Positions 11,452 through 21,232 of a stretch of DNA of 64,000 nt are shown one piece after another. The notes under the pieces are model-generated. The model saw only the letters and a program-made list of their open reading frames with translations, was not told where the DNA came from and did no database searches. The stretch is taken from NCBI GenBank assembly GCA_018335795.1, contig JAGXRP010000033.1, forward strand, positions 5,973 to 69,972, written 5' to 3'. Numbering within the stretch: position 1 is the first letter of the stretch; every line of letters begins with the position of its first letter. The position numbers and the translations under genes are program-made. Source of the DNA: Desulfobulbaceae bacterium (GTDB lineage: Bacteria; Bacteroidota; Ignavibacteria; Kapaibacteriales; UBA2268).

Positions 11452-12201
11452 ATGACAAACAATCTAAATAAGAAAAAAATCCTGCTCGGTGTTACCGGTT
11501 CAATCGCTGCCTATAAAGCTCCGTTGTTAGTACGTGAATTTGTTAAAAGTGGGGCAGATGTAACTGTTTTGATGACTCAATCGGCAAAGGAGTTCGTTTC
11601 ACCGCTGACACTTGCCAACCTTAGTCGAAATGATGTAATAATAAATATGTTCGATGAGAGCTCTCAGACTTCGGGTGCTTGGCATATAGAACTAGCTCAT
11701 TCGTGCGATATAATGCTTATTGCACCGTGTTCGGCAACAACACTCGGCAAATTAGCAAATGCGATTTGTGATTCACCTCTTATATCCGTTGCGACCGCTT
11801 TACCTCCTGAAATCCCTCTCATTGTGTCACCTGCTATGGATTCGACAATGTGGCTTCATCCTGCAACCCAAAGGTCAGTAAAACTAATTCAGTCCGATGG
11901 TGCACTCATTTTGCCACCGGTTGATGGCGATTTATCGAGTGGATTTGTCGGTCCGGGTAGATTCCCTGATATTGATGATGTTGTTAATTTCACATCTTAT
12001 GCTTTAGAATATTTTAGAAATCGTACTCGATACACAGTTATAGAAGATATTTACAAAAAAGGTCATAACTTACCCATTAATGATGATAAAACTACTGAAT
12101 TAATCAATAAACCTCTTGAAACTTTACAAGATGCTATTGAAAAAGACAAGTGGAATGCCGAAATGGATTTAGAAAAAATGAAGAAAAAAACTAATGAATA
12201 A
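11452..12201 (+). CDS. coaC: Phosphopantothenoylcysteine decarboxylase (CoaC half of Dfp)
   Basis: LGVTGSIAAYKA, HIELA, APCSATT, PAMDSTMW flavoprotein motifs. Confidence 0.9.
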   Translation: MTNNLNKKKILLGVTGSIAAYKAPLLVREFVKSGADVTVLMTQSAKEFVSPLTLANLSRNDVIINMFDESSQTSGAWHIELAHSCDIMLIAPCSATTLGKLANAICDSPLISVATALPPEIPLIVSPAMDSTMWLHPATQRSVKLIQSDGALILPPVDGDLSSGFVGPGRFPDIDDVVNFTSYALEYFRNRTRYTVIEDIYKKGHNLPINDDKTTELINKPLETLQDAIEKDKWNAEMDLEKMKKKTNE

Positions 12202-12853
12202 GCCCAAAGTTCTGATTACGGCAGGACCTACTTTGGAGAGAATTGACGATGTCCGATACATTTCAAACTTTTCATCAGGTAAAATGGGATTTGCATTAGC
12301 AGAGGTTTTTATTAATTATGGATATGATGTAACATTAGTAAGCGGACCTGTACATTTGGATTGCTCAGATTCAATCAAACGTATAAATGTTGAATCTGCA
12401 CAAAATATGTATGAGGCTGTTTCTGAAAATTTTCAAAATCAAGATATTATAATTATGTCTGCTGCTGTGGCAGATTTCACACCTAAAGCTCCTTATCAGG
12501 GAAAAATCAAGAAGTCTTCGATGGATTCACTAAATATTGAATTGAAACCTACGGTTGATATTTTAGCTTATGTCGGACAACACAAATCGGTCAAGCAAAT
12601 TTTGGTCGGCTTTGCTTTAGAATCAGAGAACGAAATCGAGTATGGCAGGGAAAAACTCGCAAGAAAAAATTGCGATTTGATTGTAGTAAATTCAGCTAAC
12701 AAATCCAATAGTGGTTTCGGAGGAGATGATAATACAATCACCATTATCACAAAATCTGGACAATTGTTTGAATACCCAACAATGACTAAGACCAAATGCG
12801 CTGAAAGAATTCTTGAAAAAATTGAAGGAATTTTGAATTCAAATATTGGATAA
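12194..12853 (+). CDS. coaB: Phosphopantothenate-cysteine ligase (CoaB half of Dfp)
   Basis: VLITAGPT, DDVRYISNFSSGKMG, AAVADF, VGFALE. Confidence 0.92.
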   Translation: MNKPKVLITAGPTLERIDDVRYISNFSSGKMGFALAEVFINYGYDVTLVSGPVHLDCSDSIKRINVESAQNMYEAVSENFQNQDIIIMSAAVADFTPKAPYQGKIKKSSMDSLNIELKPTVDILAYVGQHKSVKQILVGFALESENEIEYGREKLARKNCDLIVVNSANKSNSGFGGDDNTITIITKSGQLFEYPTMTKTKCAERILEKIEGILNSNIG

Positions 12854-12857
12854 ATCT

Positions 12858-13472
12858 ATGAAAACGCTGATTAAGATTACGATAATGTTAATTCTTATGT
12901 CTTGTAATTCGGATTTCAAGAATGGTGAAGATGAAATTATACATGATGAAAATATGGTTTTATTGCCGCCAACGCAAGCTTTTTGGGATAATTTAAGTGC
13001 CATGTGCGGAAAATCTTTTGAAGGTAGATTAGATTCGGATTCGGCATCTGACACTGATGTAGCAGGAAAAGTTCTTATAATGAATGTCAGAAAATGCAGT
13101 GAAAATGAAATCAAGGTTCCGTTCGTAGTAGGCGAAGACAAATCTCGTACATGGATATTTACCAAAATTGGAGATAGGCTCCAGCTCAAACATGACCATC
13201 GCCACGAAGACGGCACTGAAGACGATACGAATTTCTACGGTGGAATGACGAGTAACGCCGGAAGAGACACGCTCCAAATGTTCATTGCTGACCAACAGAC
13301 TTTAGATATGTTGGATTTTGCGGCTTTCAATGTTTGGATGGTAGAACTTGTCCCAAATCAACATTTCACCTACTCATTAAGGCGGATTAGCACAGACCGA
13401 CACTTTAGAGTTGTATTTGATTTGACTAAAGAAGTGACTGCTCCGGTATCTCTATGGGGATGGGATGACTAA
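12858..13472 (+). CDS. Hypothetical lipoprotein
   Basis: Lipobox LMSC; His-rich LKHDHRHEDG motif; ATG at 12858 preferred. Confidence 0.65.
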   Translation: MKTLIKITIMLILMSCNSDFKNGEDEIIHDENMVLLPPTQAFWDNLSAMCGKSFEGRLDSDSASDTDVAGKVLIMNVRKCSENEIKVPFVVGEDKSRTWIFTKIGDRLQLKHDHRHEDGTEDDTNFYGGMTSNAGRDTLQMFIADQQTLDMLDFAAFNVWMVELVPNQHFTYSLRRISTDRHFRVVFDLTKEVTAPVSLWGWDD

Positions 13473-14827
13473 TTTGTTATTTGTTTTTTGAGCGTGTATT
13501 TTTCAATTAATTTTCGAGAAATCAAATAGATTCCGTAAGAAGAAACAGGCACTAATACGGTCAGAAAATAAATTTGATAGCGGATGATAAAATTCACGGT
13601 TAAGATTAGAACTGTGTAAAATAGTGCAAACAACAAAAAAACAAGAATCGGATTTCTAAGAAGTCCATCTTTTCTAATTGAGTAAGCAAATGCATAAAGC
13701 GCCGGAATAGTGACAATAAAGACAAAGAAAAAATAGATAGGATTATGAATTTCGGGAGAAGTATAATCAATCGCCCAAAGCGAAACCACTCGAAGCAATG
13801 AATTAACGATAGCTTTTTCAGGATTGTTTTTCCAGTAATGAATAGTTTCATCTCGGAAAATCGAATCAGCTGCAATTTCAAATCTTGTATCAAGTGGTAA
13901 ACTGTCCAATCTATGAGCAACTGAGTAATCATTATTGCCATCGAGCCAAACATGCCTTCCATCGGCGTTTCTGGCGCCTCCACTTGCGAAAATATTGTTA
14001 CCCCGCCATATTTCGTGCCAAGGATGAGTCACTACAGGTATGAATTTGTCGTACAACTGATAATTCCGATAAGTCCAAGGTCCAATTACAGCAGCAAATG
14101 CAGCAAAAGCAAGAATAAGATTGATAATAGACTTTTTGTCTCGCACACGTAAGAAATTTGCAAGCACAGCACCAAATATTAAAGCAAATGATAAGGCGAA
14201 GAATTCGCTTCGAACAAGTGTCTGCAATCCGCAAAGTAATCCGGCGATGAAAATACCACTTGAATTAGGATATTTGATATATTTGATTAAGTAATAGAGT
14301 GATGCCAAAGCCAACATATGATACATTTGTGAACCACTGAAGGTCACTGTACCAAAAATTGCAGGCAAGAATAAAGCCGCTAAGATTGCAGCAATTTTTG
14401 CCGAACTTTCGTTGAAAAGTAAACGAGAAATCAAGAATGATAAATAGACTGCAATAGTCCCAAACAAAACATTGAATAACATCAATGATATATAAGCTTT
14501 AGTGCCATCTCCAAAGACTTTGAGATTGATGTAAATGAAAGAGGGATTCAATGGTGGCATGAATGAACCTACATAGGGAGGAGCTTCCTTTTTCAACTCA
14601 TATCTTGCTTCATCAATAGGTCGGTAGGGCCAATGCATGGTATATCCGTGCCCTTTTATCATAAATCTTGCTGTATCTCCATGCTCCCGCATCTCAGGAT
14701 TTTTAAAGTCACCCATGACGAATACAAATGCTAATCTTAACAAAAATGAAAAAATACATACAAAGAGAATGAAACTTTTCAAATCAATTTTTTGATAATA
14801 ATCTAATAACTTTCTCATTTTTGACAA
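13469..14827 (-). CDS. ArnT/GT39-like (GT-C) membrane glycosyltransferase
   Basis: Multiple TM helices; PPLNP, PWTYRNY, WRGNN and RY motifs. Confidence 0.75.
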   Translation of the reverse strand: MSKMRKLLDYYQKIDLKSFILFVCIFSFLLRLAFVFVMGDFKNPEMREHGDTARFMIKGHGYTMHWPYRPIDEARYELKKEAPPYVGSFMPPLNPSFIYINLKVFGDGTKAYISLMLFNVLFGTIAVYLSFLISRLLFNESSAKIAAILAALFLPAIFGTVTFSGSQMYHMLALASLYYLIKYIKYPNSSGIFIAGLLCGLQTLVRSEFFALSFALIFGAVLANFLRVRDKKSIINLILAFAAFAAVIGPWTYRNYQLYDKFIPVVTHPWHEIWRGNNIFASGGARNADGRHVWLDGNNDYSVAHRLDSLPLDTRFEIAADSIFRDETIHYWKNNPEKAIVNSLLRVVSLWAIDYTSPEIHNPIYFFFVFIVTIPALYAFAYSIRKDGLLRNPILVFLLFALFYTVLILTVNFIIRYQIYFLTVLVPVSSYGIYLISRKLIEKYTLKKQITN

Positions 14828-14878
14828 ATTTTACATTCAAAATTTATTAATATTTGTTTTTGGTGAATACAAATATAA

Positions 14879-14905
14879 TAAGCCCTCCAAAATTTGAAGG
14901 GCTTA
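14879..14905. terminator. Hairpin, possible terminator of the NTF2-like gene
   Basis: taagccctcc-aaaattt-gaagggctta inverted repeat. Confidence 0.45.
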
Positions 14906-14929
14906 AGTTTTAACAAACGTACTACGAGA

Positions 14930-15466
14930 TTATTCTTGAGGGTCTGGTGTTGTTTGTTCATGGACCCTTTGAGCTTCGTCATCGGTACGGACAATTCCAA
15001 CAATACCACTAACAATCAGCCATCGGTCACTTTTCTTTCTCAAAATACGTGCAATACGTAAGTAGTATTCTACAGAAACTCCTTTTTTCGTGATTACAGC
15101 ATTGGTTCCATAAATAATGGAAGCCAAAGTAGCATTATCGTCCATCTGTATTGATACATCGCGTAATTCCCCGTAATCAATCTGGTCATAATCTTTCCAT
15201 TGTTTGTCTATCGCCATTTTGAAATCTGCAAAAGTCTTGATTATTTCTGACGAGTCAGTTCCAAAAAAAATCACTTCGTCAGCTAAAGTTTCGACAAGTT
15301 TTCCAAAATTTTTCTCCTCGAGTGCGTCATGGAAATCAACGATAACATTTTGAACTTTGTCTTTCTCATTCTGGATTTCAACAGGCGATAAGAACTTAGG
15401 TTTGGGCTGGCAAGCCACAAAGAAAGATGCGATAAGAATCAATATAGTTGGTAATGAAAATCTCAT
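14930..15466 (-). CDS. SnoaL/NTF2-like lipoprotein
   Basis: Lipobox FVAC; FFGTDSSE and WLIV patterns of the NTF2 fold. Confidence 0.7.
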   Translation of the reverse strand: MRFSLPTILILIASFFVACQPKPKFLSPVEIQNEKDKVQNVIVDFHDALEEKNFGKLVETLADEVIFFGTDSSEIIKTFADFKMAIDKQWKDYDQIDYGELRDVSIQMDDNATLASIIYGTNAVITKKGVSVEYYLRIARILRKKSDRWLIVSGIVGIVRTDDEAQRVHEQTTPDPQE

Positions 15467-15498
15467 ACATACTCCTCTAATTTATTAATTGAAACAAT

Positions 15499-15513
15499 TG
15501 GTATATATTTTGT
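15499..15513 (+). promoter_or_regulatory. Candidate sigma54 -24/-12 promoter
   Basis: TGGTATA-TATT-TTGT, correct GG-to-TTG spacing, last base off consensus. Confidence 0.4.
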
Positions 15514-15592
15514 CCAATACTATATGTAAAATATGAAAAAAAACTCGAAAATCAAATATTTTTCTGAAAAAAAATGAAATAAGGAGCAAATT

Positions 15593-15946
15593 ATGAAAAT
15601 ATCATCTATAGGAAATTCGCCATTCGAGCCTTTCAGTCCTATTGAACTGAGCAAAGATGAAGTTAATAAGATAAATAAAAAAATCGGTGACACTTTGTCC
15701 ATTTCAGGGCAAAATGCGGATTGGTATAATGAAACCATTAATTCAGCCTTAAACAAGTTGGAGAATAGTGTTCAATTGGACAATAGTAAACCTTTGGACA
15801 GACCTGAAAACCAACCTATTGAATCAATAGAAGAGGCAAGAATTGTTTTGGGATTTGTAAATACGCCTTTTTTTAAGGCACAGGCGTTTAAAGCTCAAGC
15901 TAATCTGATGCCTCAAGATGTTGTTCATCTTTTTTCAGAAGTATAA
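15593..15946 (+). CDS. Small hypothetical protein with flagellin-C-terminus-like tail
   Basis: AAGGAG RBS; ends AQANLMPQDVVHLF. Confidence 0.6.
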   Translation: MKISSIGNSPFEPFSPIELSKDEVNKINKKIGDTLSISGQNADWYNETINSALNKLENSVQLDNSKPLDRPENQPIESIEEARIVLGFVNTPFFKAQAFKAQANLMPQDVVHLFSEV

Positions 15947-15975
15947 AACAAAATTAAAATTGTGTTATCTTTTTT

Positions 15976-16003
15976 AAAGCGGTTTTTATTTGAAACCGCT
16001 TTT
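15976..16003 (+). terminator. Intrinsic terminator
   Basis: aaagcggttt-ttatttg-aaaccgcttt hairpin followed by T. Confidence 0.75.
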
Positions 16004-16044
16004 CTGTATTTTTGAAAACTTTGTTTTATTAATTTGGAGTTTAA

Positions 16045-18117
16045 ATGTTTAAGATTGCTATGATTTTGGCACTTTGTGTTGTTATAGTATCATGTGAGAA
16101 GGAAGATATGTTTGTAGAAACTAAACCAGGAACTGCCGGACCAGTCATAACTGATGAATTGGTCAACCAAGTTACAGCAGATATGAAAACTAAATTTTCG
16201 GAAGAGCACGCTTTCAGGATTGAAAGAGGTGTAAAACAAGTTGCAGTCTTTTGGAGAGATACAGACGGAACAGCGGATGATTTTAAAAAATTCTGCGACG
16301 AAAATTTTGTGAGCGACGAAGTTGAATTAGAAAATATCTTTATCACAATCAATGATAATCAAGAATCCATGAGCGGTCATTTCAACAAAATGATATTGGA
16401 CTTCAAATTTCCATTGCATGTAGAAATGGGACCGATTAACAAGCTTCAAATGCTTTTCGGTGCTTATAATCCTGCGGCACATACTGCCGATGATATGTTC
16501 TCTAATAAAATTGCTTTTTTTATAGCACTTAACTTCCCTTACTATACTCTTGAAGAAAAAAATACTCAAGGCAAGAATTGGAATCGCAAGCAATGGGCTT
16601 ATGCAAGGGTTGGCGACATCATCAGTTCGAGAGTACCGGGAGAAATTTCTCTCAAAGCTTCGGAAATTTCTACCAAATCGGGTCAATACATTACAGATTA
16701 CAACATTTTTATGGGCAATTTGATAGACCCAAGCGGTAAAGTCAGCTTCCCGAAAGACATGAAGCTGATTTCGCATTGGAATCTTCGCGACGAACTCAAA
16801 TCCAACTATTCATCGCCTGAAGGTATTGACAAACAAAACATGATTTACAATATCATGCTTAGAATAATCAATCAAGAAATCCCTCAAGTAGTAATCAATA
16901 GCGACAAATACAATTGGGACCCGATTGCGAACAAAGTATTTGAAAACGGCAAAGAGATTACAGCTGAACGTGAACCCGATACAAGATATGCAATGCTATT
17001 GGAAAATTTCAATATAACTAAGGAAATGGATGCTTACTCACCACATTATCCGACTTATATTGAAAGAGCTTTTGACCAAAGTATGGAAATGCCAGTTGAG
17101 AGAATTGAACAAATGTTCAAAGATTTCATCAGCTCACCACTCAAAAAAGACATTGCCGAGATAATCAAATCAAGGTTAGGCAGAGATTTGATGCCATTTG
17201 ATATTTGGTATGACGGATTCAAAGCTCGAAGTACAATTTCTGAAGAACAGCTCGACAAAATGACAAAAACTAAATATCCAAATGCAGAATCTTTTGGTAA
17301 AGATTTTCCAACAATCCTTACTAAACTTGGCTTTGCAAAAGATAAAGCAGAATATTTATCAAGCAAAATTGAAGTTGACGCTTCACGCGGTGCAGGTCAC
17401 GCTTGGGGTGCTCAAATGAGAGGAGAAAAAGCAAGATTGCGTACAAGAGTTGGTGGCGATGGCATGAATTACAAAGGATATAATATTGCAATGCACGAAT
17501 TTGGTCACAACGTGGAACAAACATTTTCGCTTTATAATATTGATTACTATATGATGAGTGGTGTCCCGAATACTGCATTTACAGAAGCAATGGCATTTAT
17601 GTTCCAACAACGTGATTTAGATGTTCTCGGAATCAAAAACACAAGTGCCGAAAAGCAATATGTGCACGCTCTTGATATTTATTGGTCTTCATTTGAAATT
17701 ATGGGCGTTTCATTAGTTGACATCGCAACATGGAAATGGCTATATGCTAATCCAAATGCCACACCAGCCGAACTTCGTGAAGCTGTCACAAGAATTGCAA
17801 AAGAGGTCTGGAACGAATATTATGCTGATGTTTTCGGACATAAAGATTCACCAATCTTGGCGATTTATTCACACATGATTAGTTATCCTCTGTATTTATC
17901 GGCTTACCCTGTCGGGCATTTGATTGAATTCCAAATCGAACAATACATCAAGGACAAAAATTTCGGTGCCGAAATCGAACGTATGTGTTCATTGGGAAGA
18001 TTATCACCCGATATTTGGATGCAAACTGCTACTCAACAAGATGTATCCATTCAACCTACATTGGATGTAGTGCAAAAAGCAGTTGAATATTTCAAAGCCG
18101 GTATTAGTAAAAAATAA
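16045..18117 (+). CDS. Lipoprotein, putative gluzincin metallopeptidase (M3/M32-like)
   Basis: Lipobox IVSC; HEFGH plus downstream NTAFTEA; YPLYLSAY. Confidence 0.65.
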   Translation: MFKIAMILALCVVIVSCEKEDMFVETKPGTAGPVITDELVNQVTADMKTKFSEEHAFRIERGVKQVAVFWRDTDGTADDFKKFCDENFVSDEVELENIFITINDNQESMSGHFNKMILDFKFPLHVEMGPINKLQMLFGAYNPAAHTADDMFSNKIAFFIALNFPYYTLEEKNTQGKNWNRKQWAYARVGDIISSRVPGEISLKASEISTKSGQYITDYNIFMGNLIDPSGKVSFPKDMKLISHWNLRDELKSNYSSPEGIDKQNMIYNIMLRIINQEIPQVVINSDKYNWDPIANKVFENGKEITAEREPDTRYAMLLENFNITKEMDAYSPHYPTYIERAFDQSMEMPVERIEQMFKDFISSPLKKDIAEIIKSRLGRDLMPFDIWYDGFKARSTISEEQLDKMTKTKYPNAESFGKDFPTILTKLGFAKDKAEYLSSKIEVDASRGAGHAWGAQMRGEKARLRTRVGGDGMNYKGYNIAMHEFGHNVEQTFSLYNIDYYMMSGVPNTAFTEAMAFMFQQRDLDVLGIKNTSAEKQYVHALDIYWSSFEIMGVSLVDIATWKWLYANPNATPAELREAVTRIAKEVWNEYYADVFGHKDSPILAIYSHMISYPLYLSAYPVGHLIEFQIEQYIKDKNFGAEIERMCSLGRLSPDIWMQTATQQDVSIQPTLDVVQKAVEYFKAGISKK

Positions 18118-18185
18118 GTACTTGCCCTATCCAAAAATCCATATTTACAAAACACAACCAGTAATTGAAAAAAGCTGACCCGACT

Positions 18186-18212
18186 CTTCCCCCTTCTTCC
18201 AAGAGGGGGGAG
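18186..18212. repeat. GC-rich palindrome (terminator or REP-like) at the left edge of the cassette array
   Basis: cttcccccttcttcc/aagaggggggag. Confidence 0.45.
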
Positions 18213-18391
18213 GCTTTTGGGGATTTTGTAGTTATGTGGTCGTATTTATTTCAATTATGACCATCAGTTAAATAATTTTCTCAATCAACATAATTTCCTA
18301 TCATTATTTTTAATATCATCAAGCACCACTTTAGCTGGAACCGTGCTGCCTTGAGAACTCAAACTAACTATAACTTTCAATTCTGGTTCGG

Positions 18392-18525
18392 GCAGAACGG
18401 TTTGGCGGTATGTTTTAGTTGGAGATTTCGAAGCACTTTCCTACCAAGTTACAACTACTTTTGAATAGAACTTAAACGCTTGATAAACCAATGACTGCAA
18501 AATGTTTTATACACGAAGTTAGGAG
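18392..18525 (-). repeat. attC-like site downstream of GNAT-nitrilase gene
   Basis: - strand: TAA caccagCTCCTAAC ... CGTTCTGC. Confidence 0.5.
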
Positions 18526-18531
18526 CTGGTG

Positions 18532-20076
18532 TTAATCTTCCTTTACTCTTGATAGTTTGTAAATATCTGTTCTTCTGTCTTTTAAGTTTCTAACACTGCC
18601 AAATTGATTTAGTTCTCTTAACATGGAAATATCAACATCTGCAATTACAATCATTTCAGTATTTGGTGTTGCTTCTGCTTTAATCCCATTTGTTGGGAAT
18701 GAAAAATCACAAGGTGTAAAGACCATTGATTGAGCGTATTGAATATCCATATTATGTACTCTTGGTAAATTGCCAACGCTACCTGCAATTGCAACATAAC
18801 ATTCGTTTTCTATTGCTCTAGATTGAGCACAATATCTAACTCGTGAATATCCATTTTGAGTATCAGTCAAGAAAGGAACAAATAGAATATCCATGCCCTC
18901 TTCTGCCAATAATCTGCTCAATTCTGGAAACTCAACGTCATAACAAATCAAAATTCCAATTTTACCACAATCGGTATCATATGTTTGAATTATATTTCCT
19001 CCTTGCAACCCCCAAACTTTTGCTTCGTCAGGAGTTACGTGTATTTTCTCATATCGTTCACGACCGCCATCTCTTTTGCATAAATAACCCACATTATATA
19101 AATTGTTATCAATCATTTCAGGCATACTCCCTGTTATTATATTGATATTGTAAGATATGGCTAATTCTGAAAATCGTTTAATAATATCTGTCGTATATTC
19201 GGATAATTTTCTAATTGCTTCTGGCTCTGATAATTCATTAAATGGAGACATTAGTGGAGCGTTAAAGAATTCAGGGAAAAGAGCGAAATCGCATCTATAT
19301 CCAGATACTGCATCAACAAAAAACTCGACTTGTTGCATTAGTTCGTCAAGGTCTTTGTATAAACGCATTTGCCATTGAATTAAGCCTAATCGTACAATCG
19401 TTTTTTTTATGGCTACAGAGTTTGTTTGCTTTTCATAGTAAACATTGTCCCATTCAAAAAGAACTGCATATTCTTGTGACTCTTTGTCTCCTTCGAGATA
19501 GCCACGTAAAATTCGAACAGGATGGAAGTCGTTAGACATTTGAAAATCAAGTACAGGGTCGTGAATTTCTTTTTTCTTAACTTTGTCAATGTATTCACGA
19601 GGAGAAATTTCCGATGCGTATTTATGATATATCGGAATACGACCACCAAAAACAATCCCCTTTAGATTTAGTTTTTCACATAATTCTTTACGGTAGTCAT
19701 ATAAACGCCTTCCGAGTCTTAAACCACGAAATTTAGGACGAATAAAAATGTCGATTCCGTATAACTTATCACCATTTAAATTATGTGTTTTAAACGTATA
19801 ATCGCCTGTTATTTCTCTATATGTGTGCTTTTCATCAAATTTTGAATAATCGACAATGATTGATAATGCACAACCTGCTAATTCATTATCAATTTTAATT
19901 GCGACTTGTCCTTCAGGGAATTTATCAATCAAGGTTTTTATGTGATGTTCTTTCCAATATGCTTCTTGCATATTAGAATAAGCCTCAAACATCGCATTTT
20001 TTATGTCTTCATAATCCTCTAGTTTTAGAAAGACTAATTCGATATTGGCTATTGCTTGTATATCTATTGTATCCAT
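18532..20076 (-). CDS. GNAT acetyltransferase / carbon-nitrogen hydrolase fusion
   Basis: N-terminal GNAT (RGLRLGRRL); C-terminal nitrilase triad PEFF, YEKIH, ICYDVEFPE. Confidence 0.92.
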   Translation of the reverse strand: MDTIDIQAIANIELVFLKLEDYEDIKNAMFEAYSNMQEAYWKEHHIKTLIDKFPEGQVAIKIDNELAGCALSIIVDYSKFDEKHTYREITGDYTFKTHNLNGDKLYGIDIFIRPKFRGLRLGRRLYDYRKELCEKLNLKGIVFGGRIPIYHKYASEISPREYIDKVKKKEIHDPVLDFQMSNDFHPVRILRGYLEGDKESQEYAVLFEWDNVYYEKQTNSVAIKKTIVRLGLIQWQMRLYKDLDELMQQVEFFVDAVSGYRCDFALFPEFFNAPLMSPFNELSEPEAIRKLSEYTTDIIKRFSELAISYNINIITGSMPEMIDNNLYNVGYLCKRDGGRERYEKIHVTPDEAKVWGLQGGNIIQTYDTDCGKIGILICYDVEFPELSRLLAEEGMDILFVPFLTDTQNGYSRVRYCAQSRAIENECYVAIAGSVGNLPRVHNMDIQYAQSMVFTPCDFSFPTNGIKAEATPNTEMIVIADVDISMLRELNQFGSVRNLKDRRTDIYKLSRVKED

Positions 20077-20110
20077 ATTTCTATTGTCCTGTTTTGTTTT
20101 TTAGCCAGCA

Positions 20111-20239
20111 CTTTAACGTTTAGTATAAGAATAGTAGCCAATTGCGGGCTAATATCCTGTCTAATTACACGGAACTTGATGCGTGGCAGAATGTTTGAAT
20201 AATCACCTAAAACCCAATGCTTTAAACCGAGTGTTGGCG
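20111..20239 (-). repeat. attC-like site between GNAT and GNAT-nitrilase genes
   Basis: - strand: TAA gaaacgttCGCCAAC ... CGTTAAAG. Confidence 0.5.
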
Positions 20240-20247
20240 AACGTTTC

Positions 20248-20697
20248 TTATTTTAATTTTTTTTTAAATCCTTTATGTGAAATGGAATCAAATCCAACTT
20301 TTTCATAGAACTTTACCGTATCTTTTCTGTCAGATTCTGTAATAAAAACTATTTGAGAACAATTCTTTTGCATACCAATTCTTTCAAGTTCATATAATAA
20401 TTTTCGTCCAATCCCATTTCCTTGATGATTCTCGTCAACAACAAAATTCTCCATCACTAAAAAAGGGAAACACTCACCATAAAGTTCTTCACATATAATC
20501 CCTTGAATCGTGCCTACAATATTTTGGTCTTTCTCTGCAACTAAAAAGATATATTTGTCATCTTGTGAAATTTGCAAAAACTTTTCTTTCATTTTGTAAA
20601 GGTTCATTTTGTCACCCCAAAATAAGGTATAAAGTTTTGCAACTTCAACTAAATCTTCTTCTTTCAGTTTTCTGATATTGAAATCTATATTATTCAT
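20248..20697 (-). CDS. GNAT family N-acetyltransferase
   Basis: VVDENHQGNGIGRKL acetyl-CoA motif; FYEKVGF. Confidence 0.9.
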   Translation of the reverse strand: MNNIDFNIRKLKEEDLVEVAKLYTLFWGDKMNLYKMKEKFLQISQDDKYIFLVAEKDQNIVGTIQGIICEELYGECFPFLVMENFVVDENHQGNGIGRKLLYELERIGMQKNCSQIVFITESDRKDTVKFYEKVGFDSISHKGFKKKLK

Positions 20698-20708
20698 TTA
20701 TTATCCAA

Positions 20709-21205
20709 CTATATTTTTAAATCATAAAAAGGAATTAATCTGTCAGGTATTGAGGATTTTGAGTCATATAAAAAATCAGCTCCAATTTTATCGTAAAATT
20801 CTATTGCAAATGTAGCAGCAAAAATTAATAAGTTCCGAATTCCCATTTTCTGAGAAATATTCTTTGCATGATTTATCATTTGTATTCCAATTCCAAAGTT
20901 ATGATAATCAGGTCTGATAAAATTTGCTCTATCCAAAATCCTTTTTGTATAAATATCTCCCCTTATTAAAAATCCGCTTTGTTTTCAACAATAGAATAAA
21001 ATCCTAAGATTGAATATCCAAGGGTTGCTTTATATACAAAATATTGGTTTAAATATTTCTCAGTTATAGTCAGTTAGTCTTTCCAAATTTCATATTACTC
21101 GACAGGGTAATTCCAATGTCTTTTTGCAGAGAATGCTATTTCTGTCAGAATGTCCGAATCTAAATAATTTGCTTCCGTAATCTTTACATTTTGGTTATCA
21201 ATCAT
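20709..21205 (-). pseudogene. GNAT acetyltransferase pseudogene
   Basis: Fragments ILTEIAFSAK / RHWNYPVE* / MKIWKD*LTITEKYL / GFYSIV / FIRPDYHNFGIG...FYDKIGA broken by several stops and frameshifts. Confidence 0.8.
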
Positions 21206-21232
21206 TTTTGTTTCTCGGTGTCCTTTTGACAT

